Shown here piece by piece: positions 34,270-44,335 of a DNA stretch of 64,000 nt. The position numbers and the translations under genes were made by a program. Every line of letters starts with the position of its first letter. Position 1 is the stretch's first letter. This DNA is from Methanocaldococcus indicus (GTDB lineage Archaea > AGJL01 > Methanococci > Methanococcales > Methanocaldococcaceae). The stretch spans positions 384,001 through 448,000 of the forward strand of contig NZ_CP186926.1 of assembly GCF_049554935.1 (NCBI RefSeq), given 5' to 3'. The notes below the pieces were generated by a model. That model saw only the letters and a program-made list of their open reading frames with translations, was not told the origin of the DNA and ran no database searches.

Positions 34270-34289
34270 TGTTCAAAAATTTTTGAACA
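34270..34289. promoter_or_regulatory. Perfect 20-bp palindrome, probable operator of the GbsR-type regulator
   Basis: TGTTCAAAAA/TTTTTGAACA lies between TATA (TTTATATA ~34244) and the regulator start. Confidence 0.65.
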
Positions 34290-34309
34290 TTTTGAATATT
34301 GTGAGATAT

Positions 34310-34735
34310 ATGCAATATAAAAAGAAAGTTGTGGAGATGTTTGCAGAACTTGCTAAGCTACATGGATTGAACAAATCTGTTGGAGCAGTTTATGGGATCT
34401 TGTTTATTTTTGATAAGCCATTATCAATAAAGGACATCATGGAAGAACTGAAAATTAGCAAAGGAAATGTTAGTATGTCTTTAAGAAAGTTGGAAGAGCT
34501 TGGTTTTATTAAGAAAGTTTGGATTGCTGGGGAAAGGAAAAATTACTATATTGCTAAGGATGGATTTTCCTCAATTAAAGACATTGCAAAGAAAAAATAC
34601 AACATAATCTCTGAGTATTATAATGAGCTTGAGAATACAAATATTCCAAAAGAAAAGTTAGAAAAGATTGAAAGATTAAAAAAGATTTCAAATAAAATAC
34701 TGAAATGCTTGGAAGAATTAGAAAAAGAGTCATAA
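34310..34735 (+). CDS. GbsR/MarR family transcriptional regulator
   Basis: [35 protein letters not shown]; ATG 34310 follows GTGAG. Confidence 0.88.
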   Translation: MQYKKKVVEMFAELAKLHGLNKSVGAVYGILFIFDKPLSIKDIMEELKISKGNVSMSLRKLEELGFIKKVWIAGERKNYYIAKDGFSSIKDIAKKKYNIISEYYNELENTNIPKEKLEKIERLKKISNKILKCLEELEKES

Positions 34736-35902
34736 GTGATTGTTATGAAATTAAGAGATATAATGGAAAAAATTGGAAGTTTTTCAGCAACAAAACCATT
34801 TTTAGTCCTTGCTATTGTTCTTCTTATTACCTTAGCATTAGCCACTCAAATTCCCCACATAAAAAAGCAAACATCTTTTGAAAAAATGTTACCTCAAAAT
34901 CTCCCAGAAGTAAAAGAGATTTATGAGGTTAGAGATGAATTTGGTGGAACTGATGTAGCAATTATAGCAGTAAAAGTAGTTCCATCAGATTGTACAGATA
35001 AAGTTGTAGATATTAGAGACCCAAGGGTTTTAGAAGCTGTTAAAATGTTAGAAGAAAATTTAAGGACAATAGACGGAGTTACAAAAGTTACTTCTCCTGT
35101 TGATATTCTTACACAGATGAATGGAGGTGTAGTTCCAAAAAGTATAGACACAGTCAATAACTTACTCCAAAAACTTCCTCCATCTGAAAGAGAAAAGATG
35201 TTTAATAAAGATTACTCTATGCTAACAATTCAAGTATTCACAGATGTTGGAGCAGATGAAAAGAAAAATAAAGCTTTTGTCCAAGCCATGGAAGAAAGAA
35301 TAAAAGAAACTCCTTTTCCTCCAGGAGTTGAAGCTATTCCTACAGGAACTCCAGTTTTAAGAGCATTAATTGGAAAATTGATGAATGAAAGTCAATTCAT
35401 AACTACAGCTGTTGCAATGATAGCTATTCTCTTTATAATTCTTATACACTTCAAAAGATTAACATCTGTCCTATTATTAACTCCATTAGTTTTAGCTTTA
35501 ATTTGGACTGGGGGCTTTATGGGATTGTTTGGGATTCCATTAGATATGGCTACTGCTGCTGTTGGTTCTTTAGTTTTAGGGTTGGGGATTGATTATGGTA
35601 TTTACTTTGGAAGTAGATACAATGAGGAAAGAGAAAATGGAAAATCTCCAGAAGAATCAGCAATAACAACTGTTAGATTTGCTGGTTCATCAGTTTTAGC
35701 AAGTGCTGCCACAACAATTGCAGGTTTATTGGCTTTAACTATAGCTCCATTACCAATGATGGCAAACTTAGGAAAAGTTTGTGCCTTAGGGATAGCAAGT
35801 TGTTGTTTCTTAACTATATTCTTCCTTCCAGCAGTTTTAGTTATAGATGAGAAATACATTCATCCAGCAATTCAAAAACTCATAAAAATGATAAAAGGGT
35901 GA
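34736..35902 (+). CDS. RND/MMPL family exporter (HAE3-type half transporter)
   Basis: N-terminal TM, extracytoplasmic loop, TG.P, GLGIDYGI, SAATTIAG. Confidence 0.9.
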   Translation: MIVMKLRDIMEKIGSFSATKPFLVLAIVLLITLALATQIPHIKKQTSFEKMLPQNLPEVKEIYEVRDEFGGTDVAIIAVKVVPSDCTDKVVDIRDPRVLEAVKMLEENLRTIDGVTKVTSPVDILTQMNGGVVPKSIDTVNNLLQKLPPSEREKMFNKDYSMLTIQVFTDVGADEKKNKAFVQAMEERIKETPFPPGVEAIPTGTPVLRALIGKLMNESQFITTAVAMIAILFIILIHFKRLTSVLLLTPLVLALIWTGGFMGLFGIPLDMATAAVGSLVLGLGIDYGIYFGSRYNEERENGKSPEESAITTVRFAGSSVLASAATTIAGLLALTIAPLPMMANLGKVCALGIASCCFLTIFFLPAVLVIDEKYIHPAIQKLIKMIKG

Positions 35903-35907
35903 GATAG

Positions 35908-37557
35908 ATGATAAAAAAATTAATCTATTTCCTTTTAACTTTAATTGTAATTTCTTCAACCTATGCACTACAAATTTTAGAGCCAGAGTATCAGCCAAAA
36001 GTTATACATCCTGGAGATGATGTAGATTTATGGGTTAAAGTTGTTAATGACAACTACAATGACAACCAAAAAGTTGAAAACTTAGTTGTTAAAATTGTTC
36101 CAGAGTATCCATTTGTATTAAAGCAAGTAAATCCAATTAAAGGAGAGGTTATAATCCCTCAACTATATGAAGGTGAGCCATACACTTGCTACTTTAAACT
36201 TCATGTTAATGAAGGTGCAAAATCTGGAAGTTATCCTATATTAATTAAAGTTAGTTATGATGTAGTTGAATATAACAATGGAGAAAAGGTAGCTACTTAT
36301 CATTATGAATACTCTAAAAAATACTATCTAAATGTTTATGGTGTAGCTGATTTTGAAGTTAATGGTTTAGCAAACTTAATCCCTGGAAAAAATCAAAATG
36401 TAACAATTGAAATAAAAAATGTTGGAACAGGAACAGCTAAAAATGTAAATGTTTATATTGGCTATACTTTAAACTCTCAAAAAATTGGAAAAGAAAGTAA
36501 AACTGTCTCAATGTATGGAATAACTGAATCAAAAAATCAAGATATTATTTATCCAACACCAATACCTCAAAATAGTCCTATAACACCATTAGGAATAACT
36601 AAGTTTTATTTAGATTATTTAAAACCAGGGGATAGTAAAAAGATAGATGTTTTATTCCACACATCTCCAAAGTTAGTTGAAGGCTCCTACCCTATCCCTG
36701 TTGTTATAACATGGACAGATGAAGATGGAAATAAAAGAGCAGAATTGGTTAGTTTAGGTTTGTATGTTAAAGGAGATATTTCCTTAGGAATTAGTAATGT
36801 ATTGACTGACCCTAAAGAAATTAAACCAGGAGACACCTATGTAAGAATAGATGTAACAATAACTAACAATGGACATGCAGAAGCTAAAAATGTAAAACTA
36901 AATCTAATAACAAGCTATCCATTTAAGGATAGTTGGAGCAACTGTAATATAAAAGATGTTGGTAATCTACTTCCAGGAGTTTCTAAAGTAGCTTCTTTCT
37001 ATATAGATGTTGATAAATATGCTAAATCTGGAATTTATGAGTTGCCTATAAAAATAACCTATATGGATAGTGAGGATAACAAATATGAAACAACAAAATA
37101 TATAAAAATATATATTAAACCTAAGCCATTATTTGAGATTTTAACAAAAAATGTTACTGTTGTAGCTGGGAAAGACAATAAAGTTTTCATAAAAATAAAG
37201 AATATAGGAAATGAAAAAGCTGTAAGAGTTAGAGTATCTGCTATTAAAAATTCTGCTCAACCATTTGATTATCCAGTTAAATCTGATACAATTGGAACAT
37301 TAATGCCAAATCAAACAGGAACAGCATATATAGTTATACATCCTGATAAAAATGCTCCTTCTAAACCATACGATATAACATTAGAAATAAGATGTGCAGG
37401 AGATAGTGATATAGGAGATAACAATGTCTATACTTATCAAAAACCACTAAAAGTTATAATAAAAGGTTCATCTTCAAATGTAGGAGTTTATTTATTAGTT
37501 GGTGTGGTTATAATAATATTGATTGTAGGATATTTTGCTTATAGAAGAAGAAAATAA
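35908..37557 (+). CDS. COG1361 S-layer family protein
   Basis: Signal peptide, repeated Ig-like NxGxxxAxNV segments, C-terminal TM plus RRRK. Confidence 0.85.
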   Translation: MIKKLIYFLLTLIVISSTYALQILEPEYQPKVIHPGDDVDLWVKVVNDNYNDNQKVENLVVKIVPEYPFVLKQVNPIKGEVIIPQLYEGEPYTCYFKLHVNEGAKSGSYPILIKVSYDVVEYNNGEKVATYHYEYSKKYYLNVYGVADFEVNGLANLIPGKNQNVTIEIKNVGTGTAKNVNVYIGYTLNSQKIGKESKTVSMYGITESKNQDIIYPTPIPQNSPITPLGITKFYLDYLKPGDSKKIDVLFHTSPKLVEGSYPIPVVITWTDEDGNKRAELVSLGLYVKGDISLGISNVLTDPKEIKPGDTYVRIDVTITNNGHAEAKNVKLNLITSYPFKDSWSNCNIKDVGNLLPGVSKVASFYIDVDKYAKSGIYELPIKITYMDSEDNKYETTKYIKIYIKPKPLFEILTKNVTVVAGKDNKVFIKIKNIGNEKAVRVRVSAIKNSAQPFDYPVKSDTIGTLMPNQTGTAYIVIHPDKNAPSKPYDITLEIRCAGDSDIGDNNVYTYQKPLKVIIKGSSSNVGVYLLVGVVIIILIVGYFAYRRRK

Positions 37558-37573
37558 AAGTTTAAAAAAATAA

Positions 37574-37632
37574 TGGCTCAGTTCGGGTAAGTATCATCAT
37601 TAAATCAGTTAACCCTCTTATCATCATTGCCA
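37574..37632 (-). ncRNA. Double-guide box C/D sRNA
   Basis: Minus strand TGGCA-ATGATGA(C)-TAAGAGGGTTAA-CTGA(D')-TTTA-ATGATGA(C')-TACTTACCCGAA-CTGA(D)-GCCA; terminal TGGC/GCCA stem; two 12-nt guides. Confidence 0.9.
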
Positions 37633-40600
37633 AAAATCTAAGGTTAATTGTCTCTTTTCTTTTTTTAATTCACTTTCTTTAATGCCTAAGGATTCCATAA
37701 TTCTTAAAACAGGAGGTAAAATTTGATTTTCAATATAATAGTTAATATCTATTTCCTCTTTTTTTACTTCTTCTGGAAGTTTTACTCTCTCACTTATATT
37801 TTTTCCTCCTTTAACTACAACATAACCAATAACATCTCCAACATTTACCCTTTTTCCTTCTTTTATTAATCTCTTAGCCAATACAACATGTGGAGCAGTT
37901 GTTTTATACTCATTTATTGGTTTTGTTAATTGAGTATATATAACTAAATCATCTATATTTATTTTATGCTCTCTTAAATTTTTTATAGCTTCTTGAATAA
38001 TTTTTTTAGCTTTTTCAATATTTCCCTCTTTTAATAATGCCTCTAAAACAGCTTTTTGTGTAGTTTTTGCAATATTTGCCCAATTTCTTCTCACATACTC
38101 TAATCCTTTAATTATAATATTTCCTTCTTCATCAATTAGAGCATATTTCTTTTTAGTTATAAATAAACCTCTTTTAAAATACCCCTCAAATTCTAATTCC
38201 ATCTCACCAGGAAGCTTATTATTTATATATGTTAAGAACTCTTTAACTTTTTTTATAAGTTCTTCTTTACTAATTTTTTCTTTATATATTGCATAAAAAC
38301 CATCAGTGTCTATATAGATAGCTTTAAATCCAAACTTTTCTGCTTCTTTTATAACCTCTTTTATATACTTTCTGCCTAAATAAGTTACTATTTCAGCACA
38401 TTCTTTTGAGTAAAATCTTGCTCTTGGATATGCTAAATAACCATAATGACTGTTATGAGCAAATATATTATTTACTAAGAAGTTCTCATTCTTATTGACA
38501 CTTAAATCATACACATATCCATTATACTCAAATTCTTCAATTTCTTTAACCTTATCAAGCATTAAATCTTCAACTTCTTTATAGTTTGGATTTATAGTTA
38601 TTTTGTATCCTCTATTTTTTACTGGTGTAAATCTTGCTTTTATTCCAACCAAACTAAACATTAAAAGAAGTTGGTGCAAAAATTTCTCTGTTTTTGCCAT
38701 AAAAACATTTTGTCCTTTTGAATAATGTTTTTTTGCTTTAATAAATCCTTCTATAAAGCTTTTTAAGATACTTTCATTAGCTAAGAATATAATTTCTGGA
38801 ATATGTCTCTCATTATTCTTAAATTTAAATATATATTTGAGTATTAAATAAACTATTTTATTGTTGATACAAATACCATCTTTTATAAAAGCACCTCCAC
38901 CAAATACATCCCTAAATACCTTTTGAAGTTCTTCCACTTCATCTTTATTACTTTTATAAACTATTGTTAAATATCTTGTTTCTTCTTTACCATGAATCTT
39001 TTTTAATCTACCTTTATTTGCAAAATAACCTAAAAATTTGGCAAATTTTTTATCTACTTTAAAAAGAGCTGGAATTTTAGCAGAGAAAGCACCAATAAGA
39101 TAATCCTCAAACTCTTCATCTGGAATATATTTTAAATAGTCCTTCAATCTTTTAAAGTTGATTGTAACATAATCTCCTCTAAAAGTTCCATAAGTTATAA
39201 TTTTGTCAATATATTCTTTGTAAATACTTAACCTTTCCTTATCAAGAACTTTTATTTCAATTTTGTTAATTTTTTTGTATATCTTACCATCAATTAGTTT
39301 TAGTTTATTTAAATGTTCAATACTCTCCTTAAAGATAAGATTTAATTTATTATTTTCAATACTTTCAATTGTTGATTTTAACTTAACTAAAAACTCCTTA
39401 TTTCTAAAAATTGTTAATGATAAGTCATCAACATCATCATCCTCTACATAAGAAAGCTTTTTAGGTATATTTATTATGATATTTTTACCAACAGGTTTTA
39501 ATTTCTTTGGCACAACTATATAATCTCCTACTTTTATATCTTCTCCTTTTACACATACAACTTTATTATTCTCAAATTTAAACAAACTATGCCCTTGAGT
39601 AATTTTTATAGTTCTTCCAGATTTTAATTTTATTTTATAAGCTTTACCTTTATATCTATGTCTAATTACTGCTTTGACTTTGTTTATAGATGATTTTTTA
39701 TTATCAATATTTAAAGTGAAAGATTTTAAATTATCATCAACTTCTAAAATCTCACTATTTTCACTATACTTTATTTTATCTTTATTTTTCTCTATTAAAT
39801 TATCTATATATTTCCCAATTTTTTCTAACTTTACACCGTCCTCTTCAATAATTATTAAGTTTTCCTCTGGAAGGATACTATTAGCTAAAATCTTTAAAGA
39901 AAGTTGCTCATAGTTTAGCAAATCTCTTTCCTTTTCATCTTTTGTTACTTTCATTTGCTCTTTTATTTTTTTTCTTCTATCTACCAAATCTTTTAATGTC
40001 TTTGGAATTAAACCAACTCTTCTCTTACAGAACCAATGATTAAGGATTTTCTCACTAACATCTTTACAACACTTACAGTCTAAGGTATCTGGTGAGATGT
40101 TGTAAGTTATAATTATAGAGGGATACAATGATTTAAAATCCAAATATACTAAATCATTAAATAATCCTTTTTCAGCTTTTACATATCCCCCTTCATAGCT
40201 CTCTAAAACTCTCCTTTTATACTCTTTCTCATCTGGCTTATTAGGAACTATTAAGTTATCTAAATAAGCTCTCTTCATTAATAGATACTCTACCATCTGC
40301 CCAGAGGAGTATCTTGTAATTTCAAATAGTGTTTGATTAACAATCCTTGAAAACATAACTTCCAAAGGTAAAAAATAAGTTCCTATTTTATATGTGTATT
40401 TAGCATCTTCTAAGCTGTATTTAACTAAAATACTATTTTTCTCTTTCCAAAATTTTCCAATATCTTTATGAGAAATTTTTAATTTTTCAATATTGAATAA
40501 ATTTAAAACAACATCTTCCAATGTGTATTTAGTTAATTTTAAAACTCTCTTAGCAATTGGGAATAAATCAACATGTATCCTTCCAGGAATATATGCCTTT

Positions 40601-41373
40601 TGTCCTTTAATTTTTATTTCCTCTCCTTCTCTACCTAATTCTAACTTTATGTTGTAGAGTTTAGCTCTCTCTTTTAAATATGGAAAATCAAAATAATCTC
40701 CATTGTATGTAAAAATTAAATCATATTTTTTTAGTTCTTCAATAACTCTTTTTATAAGTTCTTTCTCATCCTTAACTCTAACAACATTTTCACAATCAAA
40801 ATCTTTATAAGTTATAACTTTTCCTCCATTCTCATCCCAAAAAGAAGCCATTATTATGGCATCATTCTTAGGTTTTGGCTCATAACCTTCATTATAAACT
40901 TCAATATCAAAAGCCACCATTTTTAATTTAGGAATATCTCTACTAACAACTCTGTTATTTCCAAAATCAAAATAGGTCATAGGAACAATATCTTTATCTA
41001 TTAAGTATCTTTTAGCAAAAGGAATATCATGCTCATAAATTTCTTTGACATCTTCATACTCCTTAATCTTTCTTAACTTAGGAACTCTTTGAGGATGTAC
41101 AGAAATAATTTTTAAAATTTCTTTTTCTTCTTTTAATATCCTTTTTTTTACAATTTCTATCTTCTCAACAAATTTTAATAAATCTTCTTTTAATAAAAAT
41201 TCTTTAATTTTCTCTACATCATCTTTCTCTATCTTATCTTTATATAGTTCAACATAAAAATATGGTTTAAACTCCCTATCTTTCAGAATAGAGTTTAATA
41301 AATAAAGATATATAATAGCTCTATCATCAACTGTTTTATAGGTGTTATCTAATAGTACATCTATCATATTCAA
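37624..41373 (-). CDS. polB: Family B DNA polymerase with one intein
   Basis: AFDIE, YNGDYFD, DFKSLYPSII, KILAN|intein|SHYGY, YIDTDG, KKKYA. Confidence 0.97.
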   Translation of the reverse strand: MNMIDVLLDNTYKTVDDRAIIYLYLLNSILKDREFKPYFYVELYKDKIEKDDVEKIKEFLLKEDLLKFVEKIEIVKKRILKEEKEILKIISVHPQRVPKLRKIKEYEDVKEIYEHDIPFAKRYLIDKDIVPMTYFDFGNNRVVSRDIPKLKMVAFDIEVYNEGYEPKPKNDAIIMASFWDENGGKVITYKDFDCENVVRVKDEKELIKRVIEELKKYDLIFTYNGDYFDFPYLKERAKLYNIKLELGREGEEIKIKGQKAYIPGRIHVDLFPIAKRVLKLTKYTLEDVVLNLFNIEKLKISHKDIGKFWKEKNSILVKYSLEDAKYTYKIGTYFLPLEVMFSRIVNQTLFEITRYSSGQMVEYLLMKRAYLDNLIVPNKPDEKEYKRRVLESYEGGYVKAEKGLFNDLVYLDFKSLYPSIIITYNISPDTLDCKCCKDVSEKILNHWFCKRRVGLIPKTLKDLVDRRKKIKEQMKVTKDEKERDLLNYEQLSLKILANSILPEENLIIIEEDGVKLEKIGKYIDNLIEKNKDKIKYSENSEILEVDDNLKSFTLNIDNKKSSINKVKAVIRHRYKGKAYKIKLKSGRTIKITQGHSLFKFENNKVVCVKGEDIKVGDYIVVPKKLKPVGKNIIINIPKKLSYVEDDDVDDLSLTIFRNKEFLVKLKSTIESIENNKLNLIFKESIEHLNKLKLIDGKIYKKINKIEIKVLDKERLSIYKEYIDKIITYGTFRGDYVTINFKRLKDYLKYIPDEEFEDYLIGAFSAKIPALFKVDKKFAKFLGYFANKGRLKKIHGKEETRYLTIVYKSNKDEVEELQKVFRDVFGGGAFIKDGICINNKIVYLILKYIFKFKNNERHIPEIIFLANESILKSFIEGFIKAKKHYSKGQNVFMAKTEKFLHQLLLMFSLVGIKARFTPVKNRGYKITINPNYKEVEDLMLDKVKEIEEFEYNGYVYDLSVNKNENFLVNNIFAHNSHYGYLAYPRARFYSKECAEIVTYLGRKYIKEVIKEAEKFGFKAIYIDTDGFYAIYKEKISKEELIKKVKEFLTYINNKLPGEMELEFEGYFKRGLFITKKKYALIDEEGNIIIKGLEYVRRNWANIAKTTQKAVLEALLKEGNIEKAKKIIQEAIKNLREHKINIDDLVIYTQLTKPINEYKTTAPHVVLAKRLIKEGKRVNVGDVIGYVVVKGGKNISERVKLPEEVKKEEIDINYYIENQILPPVLRIMESLGIKESELKKEKRQLTLDFWQ
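38452..39879 (-). mobile_element. PolB intein (476 aa) with degenerate LAGLIDADG motifs
   Basis: Begins SILPEE, block B ITQGHSL, ends FAHN before Ser; motifs FLGYFANKG and FIEGFIKAKK lack the catalytic acidic residues. Confidence 0.92.
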
Positions 41374-41393
41374 CCCTTTGTTAATGGGATGTT

Positions 41394-42338
41394 ATGATGT
41401 TGTCAATTATAATAAATAGTCTAATATTAAGTTTAAAATACACTATTAAGTTATCTATTATTGTCTTAATTATTATGTTTATTGTAGATGTTTTTATAAA
41501 CTTAGGTGGATTAAAATTTTTAGAGAAAATATTTTCTCCAATTTTAAAAAGATTGGATATTAATCCTCTTCTAATCTCTTCAATTTTAGCATGTTTTTTA
41601 AGTCCTACTGTTGGTTATAGTATTTTGTCAGAGTTGTATAAAGATAAACAAATATCTGAAAAGGAAGTTATAGCTACATCATTAGCCAACTCTTTTCCTT
41701 CTGTTTTTGCTCATACATTTACATTTTTTGTTCCTATTGTTATTCCACTTTTAGGTTTTGTAGGAATAATCTTCATATTAATTAGGTTAGGAGTTGCATT
41801 TATAAAAACTTGCATAGGTTTATTTTTACTTAACATTTTCTCATCAAAGAAAGAAATAAAAATAATTCAAAATCAAGAAGTAAATAAAAAGAAAACTTTC
41901 AAATCATCATTTAAGAGAATTATAAAATTTGCTAAAAGATTAGTTCCAACTATGTTTTTTATGCTATTTTTAGTTTCTATTTTATCAAAAATAGGATTTT
42001 TTGATTATTTAACAAAAATTTTCTATCCAATAACTTCTCTTTTAAATCTAAATCCAAATGTCATTACTATTGTATTCACTGAGATTATAAATGTGCAATC
42101 AGCTATTATATTGTCCTCAGCTCTACTAAATGAAGGGTTAATATCTGGAAAAGATGTTTTAATTGGACTAATTTTAGGAAATGTCTTAACTTTTTCATCA
42201 AGATATATAAAACATTCTCTACCACTACAAGTTTCTTTATTTGGAAAGTTAGGTTTTAAAATTGTTATGATAAATGCTATAATCACTCTAATCTTAGATA
42301 TAATTATTATTGCAATGCTAATATTTCTAAGGATATAA
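41394..42338 (+). CDS. Nucleoside recognition (Gate) domain membrane protein
   Basis: Two homologous hydrophobic halves: SPILKRL...SEKEV and YPITSLL...SGKDV. Confidence 0.7.
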   Translation: MMLSIIINSLILSLKYTIKLSIIVLIIMFIVDVFINLGGLKFLEKIFSPILKRLDINPLLISSILACFLSPTVGYSILSELYKDKQISEKEVIATSLANSFPSVFAHTFTFFVPIVIPLLGFVGIIFILIRLGVAFIKTCIGLFLLNIFSSKKEIKIIQNQEVNKKKTFKSSFKRIIKFAKRLVPTMFFMLFLVSILSKIGFFDYLTKIFYPITSLLNLNPNVITIVFTEIINVQSAIILSSALLNEGLISGKDVLIGLILGNVLTFSSRYIKHSLPLQVSLFGKLGFKIVMINAIITLILDIIIIAMLIFLRI

Positions 42339-42409
42339 ACAAAATAATAAAGCTATTTTTATATAATAATTATTTTTATATATAAACTAAAATTTTATTG
42401 GTGATGTTG

Positions 42410-42952
42410 ATGGAGCCAGAGTTAAAAATTGTTAATGTTGTTGTTTCTACAAAAATTGCTGACAGCTTAGATTTAGAAGAGGTTGCCTTAGTTTTAGAAA
42501 ATGCAGAATATGAACCAGAGCAATTTCCTGGTTTAGTTTGCAGATTATCCATTCCAAAAGTTGCATTATTAATTTTTAGAAGTGGTAAATTAAATTGTAC
42601 AGGAGCAAAAAGTAAAGAAGAGGCTGAAATAGCAATTAAAAAGATTATTAAAGAACTAAAAGATGCTGGATTGGATGTATATGAGAATCCTGAAATTAGA
42701 ATACAAAATATGGTAGCAACAGCTGATTTAGGAATTGAGCCAAATTTAGATGATATTGCTTTAATGGTAGATAATACTGAATATGAGCCAGAGCAATTCC
42801 CTGGTTTAGTTTATAGAATGGATGACCCAAAAGTAGTAGTTTTAATATTTGGTAGTGGTAAAGTTGTTATAACTGGACTAAAAAGTTTGGAGGATGGTAA
42901 AAGAGCACTTAAAAAAATATTAGAAACTATTAAAGAAATTCAGGAGATGTAG
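42410..42952 (+). CDS. tbp: TATA-box binding protein
   Basis: Duplicated EYEPEQFPGLV and LIFxSGK. Confidence 0.98.
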   Translation: MEPELKIVNVVVSTKIADSLDLEEVALVLENAEYEPEQFPGLVCRLSIPKVALLIFRSGKLNCTGAKSKEEAEIAIKKIIKELKDAGLDVYENPEIRIQNMVATADLGIEPNLDDIALMVDNTEYEPEQFPGLVYRMDDPKVVVLIFGSGKVVITGLKSLEDGKRALKKILETIKEIQEM

Positions 42953-43537
42953 ATGATTGCAATTATTGACTACAATGCAGGTAATTTAAGGAGTATAAAA
43001 AAAGCTGTTGAACTCTTTGATAAGCCAATTATAACCAACAATCCTGAGGATATACTATCTGCTGATAAAATAATCTTACCAGGTGTAGGAAACTTTGGAG
43101 CTGCTATTGAGCATTTAGAACCAATTAAAAAATACATAATAGAGAAGATAAATGAAGGAACTCCTTTCTTAGGAATATGTTTAGGAATGCAAATACTTTT
43201 TGAGGAGAGTGAAGAAACTCCTAATAAAAAAGGATTTTCAATATTTAGAGGAAATGTAATAAAATTCAAAAAAGGAAAAATTCCCCATATGGGATGGAAT
43301 ACTGTTAAGATAGTTAAAGATATCCCACTATTTGAAGGAATAAGAGATGAAAGTTATTTCTACTTTGTCCATTCCTACTATGTAAATCCAAAAGATGACA
43401 TAATAGCCGGAAAAACAGATTACTATGTTGAGTTTCCATCAGTTATTTATAAAGATAATGTTTATGCTACTCAATTCCATCCAGAAAAAAGTGGAAAATT
43501 AGGATTAAAAATTATTGAGAATTTTGTTAATCTATAA
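42953..43537 (+). CDS. hisH: Imidazole glycerol phosphate synthase glutaminase subunit
   Basis: IIDYNAGNL, LPGVG, GICLGMQ, PHMGWN, YFVHSY, QFHPEKS. Confidence 0.97.
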   Translation: MIAIIDYNAGNLRSIKKAVELFDKPIITNNPEDILSADKIILPGVGNFGAAIEHLEPIKKYIIEKINEGTPFLGICLGMQILFEESEETPNKKGFSIFRGNVIKFKKGKIPHMGWNTVKIVKDIPLFEGIRDESYFYFVHSYYVNPKDDIIAGKTDYYVEFPSVIYKDNVYATQFHPEKSGKLGLKIIENFVNL

Positions 43538-44324
43538 CAATTGAAGGATATACACCAAAGTTAAATATAAAATTAGTGTATTTTTTTATACTTTCTAAAA
43601 CATCAGATTCTTTGTATTCATAATCAATATAAAATATGTATGTCCCCAATCTTTTTTTTGAAGGTCTTGATTCTATTCTTGTTAGATTTATATCTCTCTC
43701 AGCAAACTCTTTCAATATATGATATAGAGCTCCTGGTTTGTCTTCTTTTAGCTCAAAAACAATACTTGATTTTAGTTTTGCATCTTTATTTTTTATTTTT
43801 ATATTATCATAACCTATCAAAATAAATCTTGTAACATTATTCTTATAGTCCTCTATATTTCTATCTAAAATATTTAAATTGAAGATTTTAGCAGATTCTT
43901 CTGATGCAATTGCTCCAAGAGTTTCATCTCTACTTTTTGCAACAATTTCCACTGCTTTGGCTGTTGAATCAACAAACTTAACATTCCAATTGTTCATTTT
44001 TATATATTTTCTACATTGTGCAATTGCTTGAGGATGAGAAATGATTGTTTTAATCTTTTTTTTATCATAACCTATTAAACAATGATGGATAGGCATAACC
44101 AACTCAGCCAAGATTTTAGGTTTAAACTCTAAAAGTAAATCTTGAGTTAAAGTGACAGAGCCTTCAATAGAGTTCTCAATAGGAACAACACCAAAACCTA
44201 AGTTCTCAAAAATATTATAAATTGTTGGGCAGTATTTTATCTTAAAATTATTATTTAAAAAATTTAAAAACTTTTTTGTAGCCATTGATAAATAACTTCC
44301 CTTTTGAAGAGTATATATCTCCAT
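43527..44324 (-). CDS. pheA: Prephenate dehydratase
   Basis: VPIENSIEG, SHPQAIAQC, NVTRF, ACT domain NLTRIESRP. Confidence 0.95.
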   Translation of the reverse strand: MEIYTLQKGSYLSMATKKFLNFLNNNFKIKYCPTIYNIFENLGFGVVPIENSIEGSVTLTQDLLLEFKPKILAELVMPIHHCLIGYDKKKIKTIISHPQAIAQCRKYIKMNNWNVKFVDSTAKAVEIVAKSRDETLGAIASEESAKIFNLNILDRNIEDYKNNVTRFILIGYDNIKIKNKDAKLKSSIVFELKEDKPGALYHILKEFAERDINLTRIESRPSKKRLGTYIFYIDYEYKESDVLESIKKYTNFIFNFGVYPSIVID

Positions 44325-44335
44325 ATTTTATTCCT

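Noticed and set aside
42410-42952. Internal direct repeats in tbp
   Set aside because: Normal two-fold symmetry of TBP
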